Positions 1-9,360 of a DNA stretch of 64,000 bases are shown here, in pieces; position 1 is the stretch's first letter, and each line of letters begins with the position of its first letter. This DNA comes from a virus. Both the position numbers and the translations under genes were made by a program. The stretch is taken from positions 1 through 64,000 of the IMG/VR virus record IMGVR_UViG_3300047478_000138, one strand, 5' to 3'. Below the pieces are notes generated by a model. That model was not told the DNA's origin. It made no database searches and saw only the letters and a program-made list of their open reading frames with translations.

Positions 1-2
1 CT

Positions 3-2021
3 GCTACTGAAACACTAACAAATAAGACTATAGATAACATATTAAATACTGTAGGCGCAGACCATGTACACTACAAAGTAAGAAATAGTACTGGTTCCAC
101 TATAAATATAGGAACAGTAGTATACGCTAGTAGTACTCAACCTGGAACAGACTATGTACTAATAGAACCAGTAACAGATCCACAAACACAAATAGCAATA
201 GGTATAGTACACAATACACTGTTAAATAATGATATAGGACTAGTAGTAAATACTGGTGTAAAAGATGGCGTAAACACAGATGCGTTCACTGTAGGAACTA
301 TACTATATCCAAACACTACTGGTGGATTCACAAGCACTAAGCCTACTAGTGGTATGTATCAAACATGTGCATATGTTCTAAGACAACACTCATCTAGTGG
401 CACACTACTATGTGAGTTTAGTGAACCAAACCCAATAGCTAGCACAACACAAAGTGGGTATGTGCAACTAAATGATACACTTACTAGTACGAGTACAGTT
501 CAGGCACTAACTGCTGCACAAGGCAAGGTGCTTAATGATCGACTAGATACTGTAGAAAATGGAACAGTACAAGAAGGTGATAGCGTAACACTAACTGGAG
601 ATGTATCTGGTACAGCTACGTTTGATGTAAGTGGAAATATAAGTATTGCTACTACCGTTGCAGATGATAGTCATACGCATACAATATCTACGTTAACTGG
701 ATTGCAGACTGCACTAGATACTAAAGTAGATGAGAACCTAGCGATAGTTGCTGGAACTGCTACCAAGATAACATATGACGCAAAAGGACTCGTCACTACT
801 GGCGATACGTTGGCTGCTGCTGATATACCTGTATTGGATGCAAGCAAGATAACAACTGGAACCCTACCAGTACTCCGTGGTGGCACAGGTGCAACCACAA
901 GTACTGGAACAGGAAGCGTGGTTCTAAGTACTTCTCCTACATTAGTAACTCCTTCAATCGGAGTAGCTACTGGGACAAGTTTTAATGCTATCACTGGACT
1001 AGCCTCTGTAGCTCCACTAGCTGATGGTGTTGCTGCAGTTGGAACGAATACAGAGGCTGCGAGGCAAGACCATGTGCACCCCTCTGATACAAGTAAGGCA
1101 AATTTAGATACAAGTGTTCAAAAGGATAGTAATACTGGTGCTGCGTATATACCAAGTGGCACAACTGCTCAACGCCCAGTAGCTCCAGCTAGTGGTTATA
1201 TGCGTTTCAATACAACTCTATCTAGTGCAGAAGTATGGAATGGGACTACTTGGGGAGCTATAACTGATGTTGCCAATGCTATCAATTCAGCCATGACAAA
1301 AACAACTCCAGCTGATGCAGATGAATTTGCAATAGCTGATAGTGCCGCAACCTTTGGATTAAAAAAGCTAACTTGGGCGAATACAAAAGCAACTTTAAAA
1401 ACTTATTTTGACACAATATACGCTACTTTAGCAAGTCCTGCTTTTACAGGAACACCAACAGCACCAAACTTTTCGTATAAGCCAACACCAGTAACAGTTA
1501 CATCATGGAGCTATGTCACCACAACTATCACACTCAATGTAGCATCTCATACTTTTGTAGCAGGTGATTACATTGAAGTAGGCGGATTAACAGCTACAAC
1601 AAATATTCCTAATGGTGTACATCTAGTAACAAGTGTAACAGCCACTACTATTGTGTTTACCTATGCACTAACCCCAACTGGAACTGCTGGAGTATCAAGT
1701 GCTACAGTTAAAGGGTATATGACTACTAATGGTAGAGTAGAGAGTATTGGCGTAGGACAGACTTGGCAGGATGTAACTGCTAGTAGAGTGCTAGGGACTA
1801 CTTATACAAATAGCACTGGTAAGGCTATATTAATAAGCGTATCAACCCCTAACACATCTACACCATCATCTAATGCCCTGACTGTTAATGGTACTATAGT
1901 GGCAAATAATTATACTGAAACTGGGGTGTTTGGAACAAATTTGCAGACAGTAGTACCAATTCTAGGTAAATACTCTTACGCAAGTAATAAATCAATAGCT
2001 AAATGGACGGAATTAAGATAA
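3..2021 (+). CDS. Tail fibre protein (5' end lies upstream of the window)
   Basis: Frame is open from nt 3 (ATETLTNKTIDN...) into the 354..2021 ORF. Contains fibre repeat 'ASTTQSGYVQLNDTLTSTSTVQALTAAQGKVL', a Thr/Ala/Gly-rich shaft and the common fibre C-terminus 'GVGQTWQDVTASRVLGTTYTNSTGK...WTELR'. Confidence 0.85.
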   Translation, partial: ATETLTNKTIDNILNTVGADHVHYKVRNSTGSTINIGTVVYASSTQPGTDYVLIEPVTDPQTQIAIGIVHNTLLNNDIGLVVNTGVKDGVNTDAFTVGTILYPNTTGGFTSTKPTSGMYQTCAYVLRQHSSSGTLLCEFSEPNPIASTTQSGYVQLNDTLTSTSTVQALTAAQGKVLNDRLDTVENGTVQEGDSVTLTGDVSGTATFDVSGNISIATTVADDSHTHTISTLTGLQTALDTKVDENLAIVAGTATKITYDAKGLVTTGDTLAAADIPVLDASKITTGTLPVLRGGTGATTSTGTGSVVLSTSPTLVTPSIGVATGTSFNAITGLASVAPLADGVAAVGTNTEAARQDHVHPSDTSKANLDTSVQKDSNTGAAYIPSGTTAQRPVAPASGYMRFNTTLSSAEVWNGTTWGAITDVANAINSAMTKTTPADADEFAIADSAATFGLKKLTWANTKATLKTYFDTIYATLASPAFTGTPTAPNFSYKPTPVTVTSWSYVTTTITLNVASHTFVAGDYIEVGGLTATTNIPNGVHLVTSVTATTIVFTYALTPTGTAGVSSATVKGYMTTNGRVESIGVGQTWQDVTASRVLGTTYTNSTGKAILISVSTPNTSTPSSNALTVNGTIVANNYTETGVFGTNLQTVVPILGKYSYASNKSIAKWTELR

Positions 2022-2383
2022 TGAAATACTATAAACAAAACAACGAAGTATATGCCTATGAATTAGATGGTTCACAAGACCATCTAATAGGCGATAAAGT
2101 AGCTATGACAGTAGAAGAAGTTGAGGCACATTTGAATCCTCCAGTAGTGGTAATTGCACCAACTGTAATCACACCACTACAAGCTAGATTAGCTCTATCA
2201 CAGATAGGGCTTAGACATCAGATAGAAGACTCAATGCTAACAGCAACTCAGGATATTAAAGACTTCTATGAGTTTGCTTTAGAGTGGAGACGTGATAATG
2301 CACAGTTAATGGCAATGGCAACATCACTAGGTATGGATAGTGTAGCTATTGATAACTTCTTTTTGTTGGCTAGTACGCTATGA
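2021..2383 (+). CDS. Tail fibre assembly/chaperone-like protein
   Basis: TAATG overlap with the fibre stop (MKYYKQNNEVYAYELDGSQD). C-terminal 'ITPLQARLAL...IDNFFLLAS' motif is typical of genes following fibres. Confidence 0.65.
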   Translation: MKYYKQNNEVYAYELDGSQDHLIGDKVAMTVEEVEAHLNPPVVVIAPTVITPLQARLALSQIGLRHQIEDSMLTATQDIKDFYEFALEWRRDNAQLMAMATSLGMDSVAIDNFFLLASTL

Positions 2384-2793
2384 TGTTTAAAACAGACCTT
2401 ATCACTAAACGAAATGTAGCTAAAGACAACTGTTGGATAGTAGAGCAACCGTTGATATGGGAAGATGATAAGTATGAAGTCAGAGTGCTAAAAGGATTCG
2501 ACTTCGACTTTGCTTCAATCCCGACTATTATCACTAACATAATGCCCAGCAATGGTCAAGAGTACGACAGAGCAGCTTGTTTACATGATGCTCTTTATTC
2601 TAGTCATTGGCTACCTAAAGCTATATGTGACAAGATCTTCTATGACGCTATGATAGATGATGGTGTATCTAAAATTAAAGCACGAAGTATGTATTTAGCT
2701 GTTAAATGGTTTGGTGATAGTGCATATAAAAACGACAACAAGAAAGAAGTTGAAATGTATAAACGTCTTGTAATTGTAGGAGTAAAGAAATGA
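2380..2793 (+). CDS. DUF1353-family protein
   Basis: GFxFDFASIP...AACLHDALY...CDKIF..AM...GV...MYLAVKWFG signature. Confidence 0.8.
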   Translation: MMFKTDLITKRNVAKDNCWIVEQPLIWEDDKYEVRVLKGFDFDFASIPTIITNIMPSNGQEYDRAACLHDALYSSHWLPKAICDKIFYDAMIDDGVSKIKARSMYLAVKWFGDSAYKNDNKKEVEMYKRLVIVGVKK

Positions 2794-2924
2794 TTGAAAT
2801 AATTGTAGCAGTATTGCTCGCAATAGGCGGTGCAGTTGTTGAGAGAGAAACTAACGGTGCAGTGACGATAAATATCGGATATTCAGATAGTAATTTGAGT
2901 GAATGCAAAGAAAATAAGATATAA
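2790..2924 (+). CDS. Small protein with N-terminal hydrophobic helix (44 aa, not in ORF track)
   Basis: ATGA overlap with the upstream stop, AGGAG RBS, MIEIIVAVLLAIGGAVVERE... Confidence 0.5.
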   Translation: MIEIIVAVLLAIGGAVVERETNGAVTINIGYSDSNLSECKENKI

Positions 2925-2950
2925 TATAAAAAATGGTTTAAAGGTTTCGG

Positions 2951-3262
2951 ATGGATGTTGATGTAAAGCTAATATGGCTCTTTTTGATAGGTACGTTTTT
3001 GGCATTTCTTTTTTACGTTGAGGAGATGATAACTGAGAACACTTTAGTTGAAAAACTTGGAGTAGTCAAAGCGACTTTATTAGTCTTCATAAACTCCGTA
3101 ATCGGTGGCGTTGTAATGGTAACTGTTTACTATGCAATGGTGCAATTCTGCTCAGACTGGCACGAATACCTAAAAGTAGGAATAGCTGGAACTACTGCAA
3201 TGCTAGGTAAAGATATGATACGCTTATACTATAAGTTTGTAGCGATAAGGGTTGAAAAATGA
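2951..3262 (+). CDS. Putative holin (about 3 TM helices)
   Basis: Three hydrophobic segments and a basic C-terminus; lies upstream of the endolysin. Confidence 0.55.
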   Translation: MDVDVKLIWLFLIGTFLAFLFYVEEMITENTLVEKLGVVKATLLVFINSVIGGVVMVTVYYAMVQFCSDWHEYLKVGIAGTTAMLGKDMIRLYYKFVAIRVEK

Positions 3263-3561
3263 GTGTGTTATTTGGCGTTCAGATTTTCATAATTTTATCT
3301 TTTATTTTCTCCTTGAGGATGAGAGTTTGGCGAACGAGTTTGAATAGCTTTATCTTCATTTGTGGACTTTTTATCTTAACCATCAGTAGAGAGTTTCAAT
3401 ATCTTAGAGACGTATGGGAAGACTATCACATTAGTGTGATGGGTCTCACTTTGTTTCTAGTTATGTCAAGGGTAGCATATCAATCATTTAGTAAAAAATA
3501 CAAAGAGATGTTGTGTAGTGGGTGCACCAATTATAGTCGTAGATTGACAGATAAGAAATGA
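3259..3561 (+). CDS. Membrane protein of the lysis cassette (holin/antiholin-like)
   Basis: Three hydrophobic segments, basic tail, ATGA-coupled to the previous gene. Confidence 0.5.
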   Translation: MSVLFGVQIFIILSFIFSLRMRVWRTSLNSFIFICGLFILTISREFQYLRDVWEDYHISVMGLTLFLVMSRVAYQSFSKKYKEMLCSGCTNYSRRLTDKK

Positions 3562-3677
3562 AAAACGAATTATTAATAATTGGCATAATAATTTCTATAT
3601 TGTTCATAGGGTATCTTGATTATATATCTATACCATTATTAGATATCAGAAATACGCAAACATTTAGTAAGGAATAA
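3558..3677 (+). CDS. Small single-TM protein (39 aa, not in ORF track)
   Basis: ATGA overlap; MKNELLIIGIIISILFIGYLDY...; fills the gap before the endolysin. Confidence 0.5.
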   Translation: MKNELLIIGIIISILFIGYLDYISIPLLDIRNTQTFSKE

Positions 3678-3679
3678 AT

Positions 3680-4108
3680 ATGGGTGACTTAACAAAAAAC
3701 TTAAGTAGAAAAGAATTTGAGTGTGAGTGTGGATGCGGGTTTGACACGGTAGATTATGAGCTTGTAGTAATGATTCAAGATGCAGCGGATAGTCTTGCGG
3801 TAGAGTATAAGTCTAACATAATGGTAGAAATTACAGGTGGCGACAGATGTCAAAAACATAATGAAGAGGTACAAAAGCAAGAAGTAAAAAACTATGTTCC
3901 ATTTAGTTCAAAATCTACGCACATAGAAGCTAAAGCAGCCGACCATAAATTCTTTTACTACAAAGACGGAATAAAAACACAAATACCCCCTAAAAAAGTA
4001 TACGATTACTATGATAAAAAATACCCTACAAGTAAAGGTGTCGGCTTATATAGTAACAGAACTCATGTTGATTCAAGAGCCGTAAAAGCTAGATGGGGGC
4101 TTAAATAG
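3680..4108 (+). CDS. Endolysin, peptidase M15A family
   Basis: NLSRKEFECECGCG, GxRC..HN, S.H...AAD and GVGLY..RTHVD.R motifs. Confidence 0.85.
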   Translation: MGDLTKNLSRKEFECECGCGFDTVDYELVVMIQDAADSLAVEYKSNIMVEITGGDRCQKHNEEVQKQEVKNYVPFSSKSTHIEAKAADHKFFYYKDGIKTQIPPKKVYDYYDKKYPTSKGVGLYSNRTHVDSRAVKARWGLK

Positions 4109-4181
4109 AAGCTAACTATCGAAATAGTTTGTTTTTCTTGATATTATGCTATAATTATAAAATTAAAACAAAGGATTCGAA

Positions 4182-4340
4182 ATGGCTTTAGTAGCTACAG
4201 ACTGGACATTTACAACAATTTACCATTCACCTATAACACTATTTGCTAGAGTATGTGCTGGTGGTGTTAGCCCTATTAAAACGTTCGAGAATACAGTTGC
4301 CCTTGGTGGTTCTATTAGCGCTATAAGAACAGCAGACTAA
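4182..4340 (+). CDS. 52-aa ORF with its own promoter, RBS and terminator; possible deletion remnant of a virion protein
   Basis: TGCTATAAT at ~4147, AAGGA RBS, MALVATDWTFTTIYHSPITLFARVCAGGVSPIKTFENTVALGGSISAIRTAD, hairpin at ~4349-4364. Confidence 0.55.
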   Translation: MALVATDWTFTTIYHSPITLFARVCAGGVSPIKTFENTVALGGSISAIRTAD

Positions 4341-4391
4341 GATTATCGTCTCCTTCTAGGAGGGGATTATTAAATCTATAAAAGGAAACAT

Positions 4392-4601
4392 ATGATAACA
4401 ACTGTTGGAAAATTAGTCATCATTGACTTAGGAAAAGAGACTGCCCAATACTTTTGGAATGGCTCGGCTATGGGTTATATTGCTGGAGTATTCGTCTATA
4501 AAAAGACTAAGGTTACGTTGTACACAACTAATAAAAAAGAAATCCCATCAGCAGAGTTAATAGCAAATGGTATTCGTATTAAAGAGGTTAAAAATGTCTG
4601 A
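4392..4601 (+). CDS. Hypothetical protein
   Basis: AAGGA RBS, 69-aa ORF. Confidence 0.6.
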   Translation: MITTVGKLVIIDLGKETAQYFWNGSAMGYIAGVFVYKKTKVTLYTTNKKEIPSAELIANGIRIKEVKNV

Positions 4602-4815
4602 TTTTATTATGATTGCACCAGAAGGCTGGATTGTACTTAGCGTTGACTATGAAAACCAAGCGTTAATCACTCCTAATATGTTTAGTCAAATATCTACTCA
4701 CGAGATTATAGATATTGCAACGGTAGCAATGATTGAGCGTGGGGATATGCTAGTTGAACAAACTATAGAGGATATACGATTAATAAACTCAGAGTTTTGG
4801 GTAAAGCTAATCTAA
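4594..4815 (+). CDS. Hypothetical protein
   Basis: GAGG RBS before the ATG at 4594 (MSDFIMIAPEGW). Confidence 0.6.
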   Translation: MSDFIMIAPEGWIVLSVDYENQALITPNMFSQISTHEIIDIATVAMIERGDMLVEQTIEDIRLINSEFWVKLI

Positions 4816-4816
4816 C

Positions 4817-5305
4817 ATGAGTGCTGTATCAAATGGAGTAGTAACTTTTACTCCTCAGCAGCTATGGACTGAGTATATAGACTGGTACCTCACGGGGGAT
4901 AATTCTAAATATGGGGAAGCCTTTAGAACAATTGGTGGTGACATAGTTAATTCTCAAACTGGTGAAGCTGTAGGTATATATCTATTTATGCGAAATGATT
5001 TAGGTTGGAGAGGAGTTCCTCCAACTATAGATGGTGTAGCTGTAGTTATTAACGGAGCGTTCTATGCTCAGGACTCTACACTTCCAGTAATGGAGAATAA
5101 TGTAGGACAAGAAACTGACCTAGTTATAAATAGATCGGTTATTAATACTGCAATAGTCTCAAGTGGCTCTGGAGTATCATATACACTAGCTCAAATAGCT
5201 GATGCTGTATGGAGTAGAGACAATAGAGAATTGACTAATGTGATAGAGAGTGGACCGACAAAAGAAGAAATTGCTGATGCTGTGTGGAATAAGGTATTAC
5301 CATGA
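4817..5305 (+). CDS. Virion structural protein with two IADAVW motifs
   Basis: LAQIADAVWSR ... EEIADAVWNK repeat; located in the structural block. Confidence 0.6.
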   Translation: MSAVSNGVVTFTPQQLWTEYIDWYLTGDNSKYGEAFRTIGGDIVNSQTGEAVGIYLFMRNDLGWRGVPPTIDGVAVVINGAFYAQDSTLPVMENNVGQETDLVINRSVINTAIVSSGSGVSYTLAQIADAVWSRDNRELTNVIESGPTKEEIADAVWNKVLP

Positions 5306-5550
5306 CAGTAGGTGAATGGTTAGTAGAAAATTCACTGGCTGCTACAGGAAGCACAGCATTAAAAATGCTTAGAACAATTGGTGGAATAATATATTTGCCT
5401 ATGAGTCAAATTGATGCAGACATAATAATTGATGAGTATGATGTAATTGTGCAAACAGATTTGATTGAATGTGATATAATAGTACAAGAATTAGAAGCAG
5501 ATATAATAATTGATGTTATATATGCAGATGTAAAAATCATAGAGGAGTGA
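5302..5550 (+). CDS. Hypothetical acidic, Ile-rich repeat protein
   Basis: ATGA overlap; ~9-aa periodic ADIII/DVIV/CDIIV/ADIII repeats. Confidence 0.55.
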   Translation: MTVGEWLVENSLAATGSTALKMLRTIGGIIYLPMSQIDADIIIDEYDVIVQTDLIECDIIVQELEADIIIDVIYADVKIIEE

Positions 5551-5553
5551 GCA

Positions 5554-5856
5554 ATGTTAGTAAGAGTAAGAGGAGACTTATATCCTATAGAGGCATCATT
5601 AAGCATAAATGGAGAACCTGTTAACTTAACAAATGCAGTAGTAAAATTTGGGTACATAAAGGATAATACTAAATTAGCCAACATAATAATTGGTGTAGTA
5701 ACTGATCCACTAGCTGGAAAAGTAAGGTTTCAACCAACAGCAGCAGACTTTAAAGAAGCTGGTGAATTTACATTTGACATAGAAGCAGTGGTAAATGAAA
5801 TACCAACTACGTATAAAGTGGATAGACTTAGAATAAAAGAAGATGTAAGTAAATAA
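5554..5856 (+). CDS. BppU N-terminal-like fibre/baseplate adaptor domain protein
   Basis: RGD...L...G.P.NLT.A.V....DP..GKV.F......AGEF.FDIE pattern. Confidence 0.6.
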   Translation: MLVRVRGDLYPIEASLSINGEPVNLTNAVVKFGYIKDNTKLANIIIGVVTDPLAGKVRFQPTAADFKEAGEFTFDIEAVVNEIPTTYKVDRLRIKEDVSK

Positions 5857-5864
5857 AGATGCGA

Positions 5865-5886
5865 TTAAGTAAGTGTTGGATAAAAT
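5865..5886 (+). promoter_or_regulatory. Promoter upstream of portal
   Basis: TTAAG-taagtgttgga-TAAAAT. Confidence 0.55.
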
Positions 5887-5916
5887 AGCAACAATACTAA
5901 GCAATATACTATAGGA

Positions 5917-7896
5917 ATGCGGATGAAAGTCAATAAGAAAGAAATTTTAACAGCGCTTAAAGAAGATTTCAGATCATCTGAATCGCATCAACAAGAGTGG
6001 CAAGCTCAGAGAGAAGAGTGGAGAAGTCAATCAGTTGGTGAAGAGTATGGAAATGAAGTTGATGGAAAATCTCGCATAGTAAGTAAAGATATAGCAAAAC
6101 AAATATCATGGATGCTCCCATCATTGGCAGATCCATTCCTAAGTTCGCCTGATATAGTAAAAACTAACCCAGTAACTGAAGAAGATTTACCAGGAGCAAC
6201 TCAAAGCGAATTACTACTAAATACATTCTTCTGCAGAAAATTCCCAAGACATAACTTCATAATGAAAGCATTAAAAGTGCTATTAACTGAAGGTACTGTA
6301 GTAGTAAAAACTGGATGGGATTATGAAGATGACGAAATAGATATTCAAGCAGAATCTGTTGCAGTTGATGAGTATGGAAGAGAATTTATAGAAGTAATTG
6401 ATACAACAAAAATTAAAATACTTAAAAACGAACCAACTGCTGAAGTGTGTAGAAATGAAGACATATTCATTGACCCGACATGTATGGATGAATTAGATAA
6501 ATGCCAATTTGTAATACATAGATATGAAACAGATATGAGCACACTACGAAAAGATGGTAGATATAAAAACTTAGATAAGTTAGGTGATCAAATTGGAGAC
6601 ACTACAACTGATGCTGATGGATACTTATCCCAAGATCAAACTGGATTCAAATTCAATGATGAACCAAGACGTAAACTACTTGCATATGAATACTGGGGAT
6701 ACTACGATGTGGATGGTGATGGAGAAGTTGAGCCTATAGTATGTACATGGGTTAATAATACAATCATAAGATTACAAACAAATCCATATCCTGATAATAA
6801 GCCTCCATTCGTAATAGTCCCATTCAATAGCATACCATTCCAGATGTTTGGTGAAGCATTAGCTGAGATAATTGGTGATAATCAAAAAGTTAAGACTGCA
6901 ATTACTCGTGGTATAATTGATAACATGGCTAAATCAAATAATGGACAAATAGGATTTGCTAGAGGTGCCTTAGATGATAACAATAGACGTAAGTTCCTGA
7001 AAGGGGACAACTTCGAGTACAATGGTAATATGAGCCAATTCTGGCAAGGAAGTTATAATCAGATACCTGGTAGTGCATTTGATATGTTGGGTATGCAGAA
7101 CAATGAGATAGAAGCTCAAACTGGGGTTAAATCATTCAGTGGAGGAATTACAGGGTCTGCGCTTGGTGCAACTGCCACAGGTGCGCGAGGCGCATTAGAT
7201 GCTACGAGTGTGCGTAGAACTGCGTTGGTAAGAAACATAGCAGAGAATATGATAAAGCCACTAATGAGAAAGTGGTTGGCTTACTTCGGAGAGTTCATGG
7301 AACCTGAAGAAGTAATACGAATAACAAACACTCAATTTGCTCCTATACGTAGAGATGACTTAGCAGGAAACTTAGATATAGAGATTACAATAAGTACAGC
7401 AGAAGATAATTCAGCAAGAGCTGAACAATACTCATTCCTGTTACAAACACTTGGTAATAATATGCCATTTGAAATTACTCAAAAAGTACTTGCAAAAATT
7501 GCAAAGTTGGCTAGAGATCCTGAGATGGAAAAAGATATAAAAGAGTTCAAAAAAGAACCAGATCCAGCTGCTGAACAAATGAAACAAATACAATTAGAAA
7601 GAGCTCAGTTAGAAAATGATAAACTACGTGCTGAGATTGAGAGAGATAAAGCTAGAGCTGGTGAAGATAGAATTGATGCTCAAGTAAAAATGGCTAAAAT
7701 GGAATCTGAAAAAGCAAGAGCTAGAAAACTTAATAGTGATGCTGATATGGTTGACCTTAACTACGTTGATAAAGATCATGGGTTTAGTTCAATACATTCA
7801 GCGAACGAAAAAGAAAAAGATAGACAACATCAAGCCACATTAGCAGCAATGCAAATACGCGCTGGTGATAATAATGTTGGCATAGCAAGGAGCTAA
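5917..7896 (+). CDS. Portal protein (N4 gp59-like)
   Basis: 659 aa; GNEVDGKSRIVSKDI, YEYWG..DVDGDG.VEPIVCTW, NPYPDNKPPFV, TGVKSFSGGI motifs; coiled-coil C-terminus. Confidence 0.9.
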   Translation: MRMKVNKKEILTALKEDFRSSESHQQEWQAQREEWRSQSVGEEYGNEVDGKSRIVSKDIAKQISWMLPSLADPFLSSPDIVKTNPVTEEDLPGATQSELLLNTFFCRKFPRHNFIMKALKVLLTEGTVVVKTGWDYEDDEIDIQAESVAVDEYGREFIEVIDTTKIKILKNEPTAEVCRNEDIFIDPTCMDELDKCQFVIHRYETDMSTLRKDGRYKNLDKLGDQIGDTTTDADGYLSQDQTGFKFNDEPRRKLLAYEYWGYYDVDGDGEVEPIVCTWVNNTIIRLQTNPYPDNKPPFVIVPFNSIPFQMFGEALAEIIGDNQKVKTAITRGIIDNMAKSNNGQIGFARGALDDNNRRKFLKGDNFEYNGNMSQFWQGSYNQIPGSAFDMLGMQNNEIEAQTGVKSFSGGITGSALGATATGARGALDATSVRRTALVRNIAENMIKPLMRKWLAYFGEFMEPEEVIRITNTQFAPIRRDDLAGNLDIEITISTAEDNSARAEQYSFLLQTLGNNMPFEITQKVLAKIAKLARDPEMEKDIKEFKKEPDPAAEQMKQIQLERAQLENDKLRAEIERDKARAGEDRIDAQVKMAKMESEKARARKLNSDADMVDLNYVDKDHGFSSIHSANEKEKDRQHQATLAAMQIRAGDNNVGIARS

Positions 7897-7898
7897 AA

Positions 7899-8213
7899 AT
7901 GTACGATCCAATAATGAATGATGATACAATGTCAGGTGCTGCTCAAAGAGCAGAAGAAGATAGAAGCTACAGAGCAGTTGGAAAACAAGTAGTAGAAAAT
8001 CAAAAATTCGCTGCAAAAGCTGCTCCGTTAGTGACAGAGGCAAGAGCTACTGGTGAACAAGTTGGCGCACAAAAGCTTGCTGAACAAATCCAAGCTCAAA
8101 GAGTAGAAGCAATAAAAGCACAAGAAATGGCTGCAATGGCAGCAGAACAAGCACGTAGACAAGAAAATCCGTACGGATTAGCTGCATACGCACAAAATGA
8201 AGGAATGATATAA
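7899..8213 (+). CDS. Small Ala/Gln-rich head-region protein
   Basis: AGGAG RBS; lies between portal and scaffold. Confidence 0.6.
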   Translation: MYDPIMNDDTMSGAAQRAEEDRSYRAVGKQVVENQKFAAKAAPLVTEARATGEQVGAQKLAEQIQAQRVEAIKAQEMAAMAAEQARRQENPYGLAAYAQNEGMI

Positions 8214-8488
8214 TGGATGAAACAGGATTAGCAGCTTCAGCTGTACAACAACAAGCGCCAATAGCACAACAACAACAACAAGCACCAATTACGGTTGAAG
8301 AAATTGTACAGTTACTTAAACAAGGGATAACTCCTGAAGAATTAATACAAAATGGTGTTCCACAGGAACTAGTAGAACAAGCAGCAATGCTGATACAACA
8401 AGAAATGCAAGCTGGTAAAGCGCAACAACCTAGTGCTCAAGGGAGAGGTGGGTTAGCAGAAATGTATGTGGCTCAAGGCGCAGTGTAA
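8213..8488 (+). CDS. Small Gln-rich head-region protein
   Basis: TAATG coupling; ITVEEIVQLLKQGITPEELIQNGVP. Confidence 0.6.
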   Translation: MDETGLAASAVQQQAPIAQQQQQAPITVEEIVQLLKQGITPEELIQNGVPQELVEQAAMLIQQEMQAGKAQQPSAQGRGGLAEMYVAQGAV

Positions 8489-8539
8489 TTAACGTTAGAA
8501 AGAATAGACTTAGTATCAATCCAGTATGAGGAGTAAATG

Positions 8540-8593
8540 ATGGCATGTAAAACTAAAAAACCAACACCTAAACCAAAACCAAAAATGAAGTAG
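8540..8593 (+). CDS. Lys/Pro micro-peptide MACKTKKPTPKPKPKMK
   Basis: GAGGAG RBS at 8528-8533; near-identical peptide encoded at 35061..35102 (-). Confidence 0.55.
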   Translation: MACKTKKPTPKPKPKMK

Positions 8594-8601
8594 GTAGTTA
8601 A

Positions 8602-8949
8602 ATGGCGGAGTCTAAAAATAAAACTGAAGTAATCATAGACGAAACAGGGCAAAATGCTGCGGCAATAATACTTAGTAACATGAAACATAGACCAGACATG
8701 CTTGCAAAAAACTTAGTACAGACTGTTCCAGGAGCTGGAGCAGCCTTTACAGGATATTCTGCAGGTCAAGGAATAGCTGCTGCAAAAGACTTATACGGAC
8801 ATAATAATCCAGGATTAGCAGAGTATCTGGCAAGTGCAGCAGGCTCAGTTGGACAAGGATTAACCTTTGGAGTAATGTCTGCAGAAGATATTGCTAATAA
8901 AATAGTACCAATAAGTGTGGTAGATAGAGCTGAGTTGCTTAAAAAATAG
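8602..8949 (+). CDS. Hypothetical head-region protein
   Basis: 115-aa ORF; GVGQGLTFG-like glycine segment. Confidence 0.55.
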   Translation: MAESKNKTEVIIDETGQNAAAIILSNMKHRPDMLAKNLVQTVPGAGAAFTGYSAGQGIAAAKDLYGHNNPGLAEYLASAAGSVGQGLTFGVMSAEDIANKIVPISVVDRAELLKK

Positions 8950-8979
8950 GCAATAGACTGCTTAAAAAATAAGCAGCAA

Positions 8980-9001
8980 TTAAGTTATGAGAAGTTATAA
9001 T
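8980..9001 (+). promoter_or_regulatory. Promoter upstream of the scaffold/capsid operon
   Basis: TTAAG-ttatgagaagt-TATAAT. Confidence 0.6.
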
Positions 9002-9048
9002 AGCTAAAGTGGAATACACTAAAATCAACAATCGAAAGGAATCATAAT

Positions 9049-9360
9049 ATGATTAACCAAATGAATTCGACTGATTCAATGGAATTAGAGTTAGTAAAAG
9101 AGTCGTTACGTAAAGATGTGTCGTTAGCCGAGGACCTGGAAGGGCTACTCAAAGATGAAAGATTCCAGAGAGTATTCGTAAGAAACTTCTGTACAGATGT
9201 GGTGATTGAGGAAACTAAAAAGTTAATCAGTCCAAATGAAGTAATCAGAGAAAGTTCTCTTGAAAAGATAAAAGCTGCTAAATACTTAGAAGCATATATA
9301 GACTATGTAACAGATTGTGGAATTGCTGCTAAAGCTGATCTAGCTGAAGGAATAAGATAA
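9049..9360 (+). CDS. Conserved head-region protein (N4 gp58 position)
   Basis: L.KDERFQRVF helical protein just upstream of the scaffold; preceded by a promoter motif. Confidence 0.6.
   Translation: MINQMNSTDSMELELVKESLRKDVSLAEDLEGLLKDERFQRVFVRNFCTDVVIEETKKLISPNEVIRESSLEKIKAAKYLEAYIDYVTDCGIAAKADLAEGIR

Noticed and set aside
1-2021. Diversity-generating retroelement acting on the tail fibre
   Set aside because: No reverse transcriptase and no template-repeat copy seen in the window.
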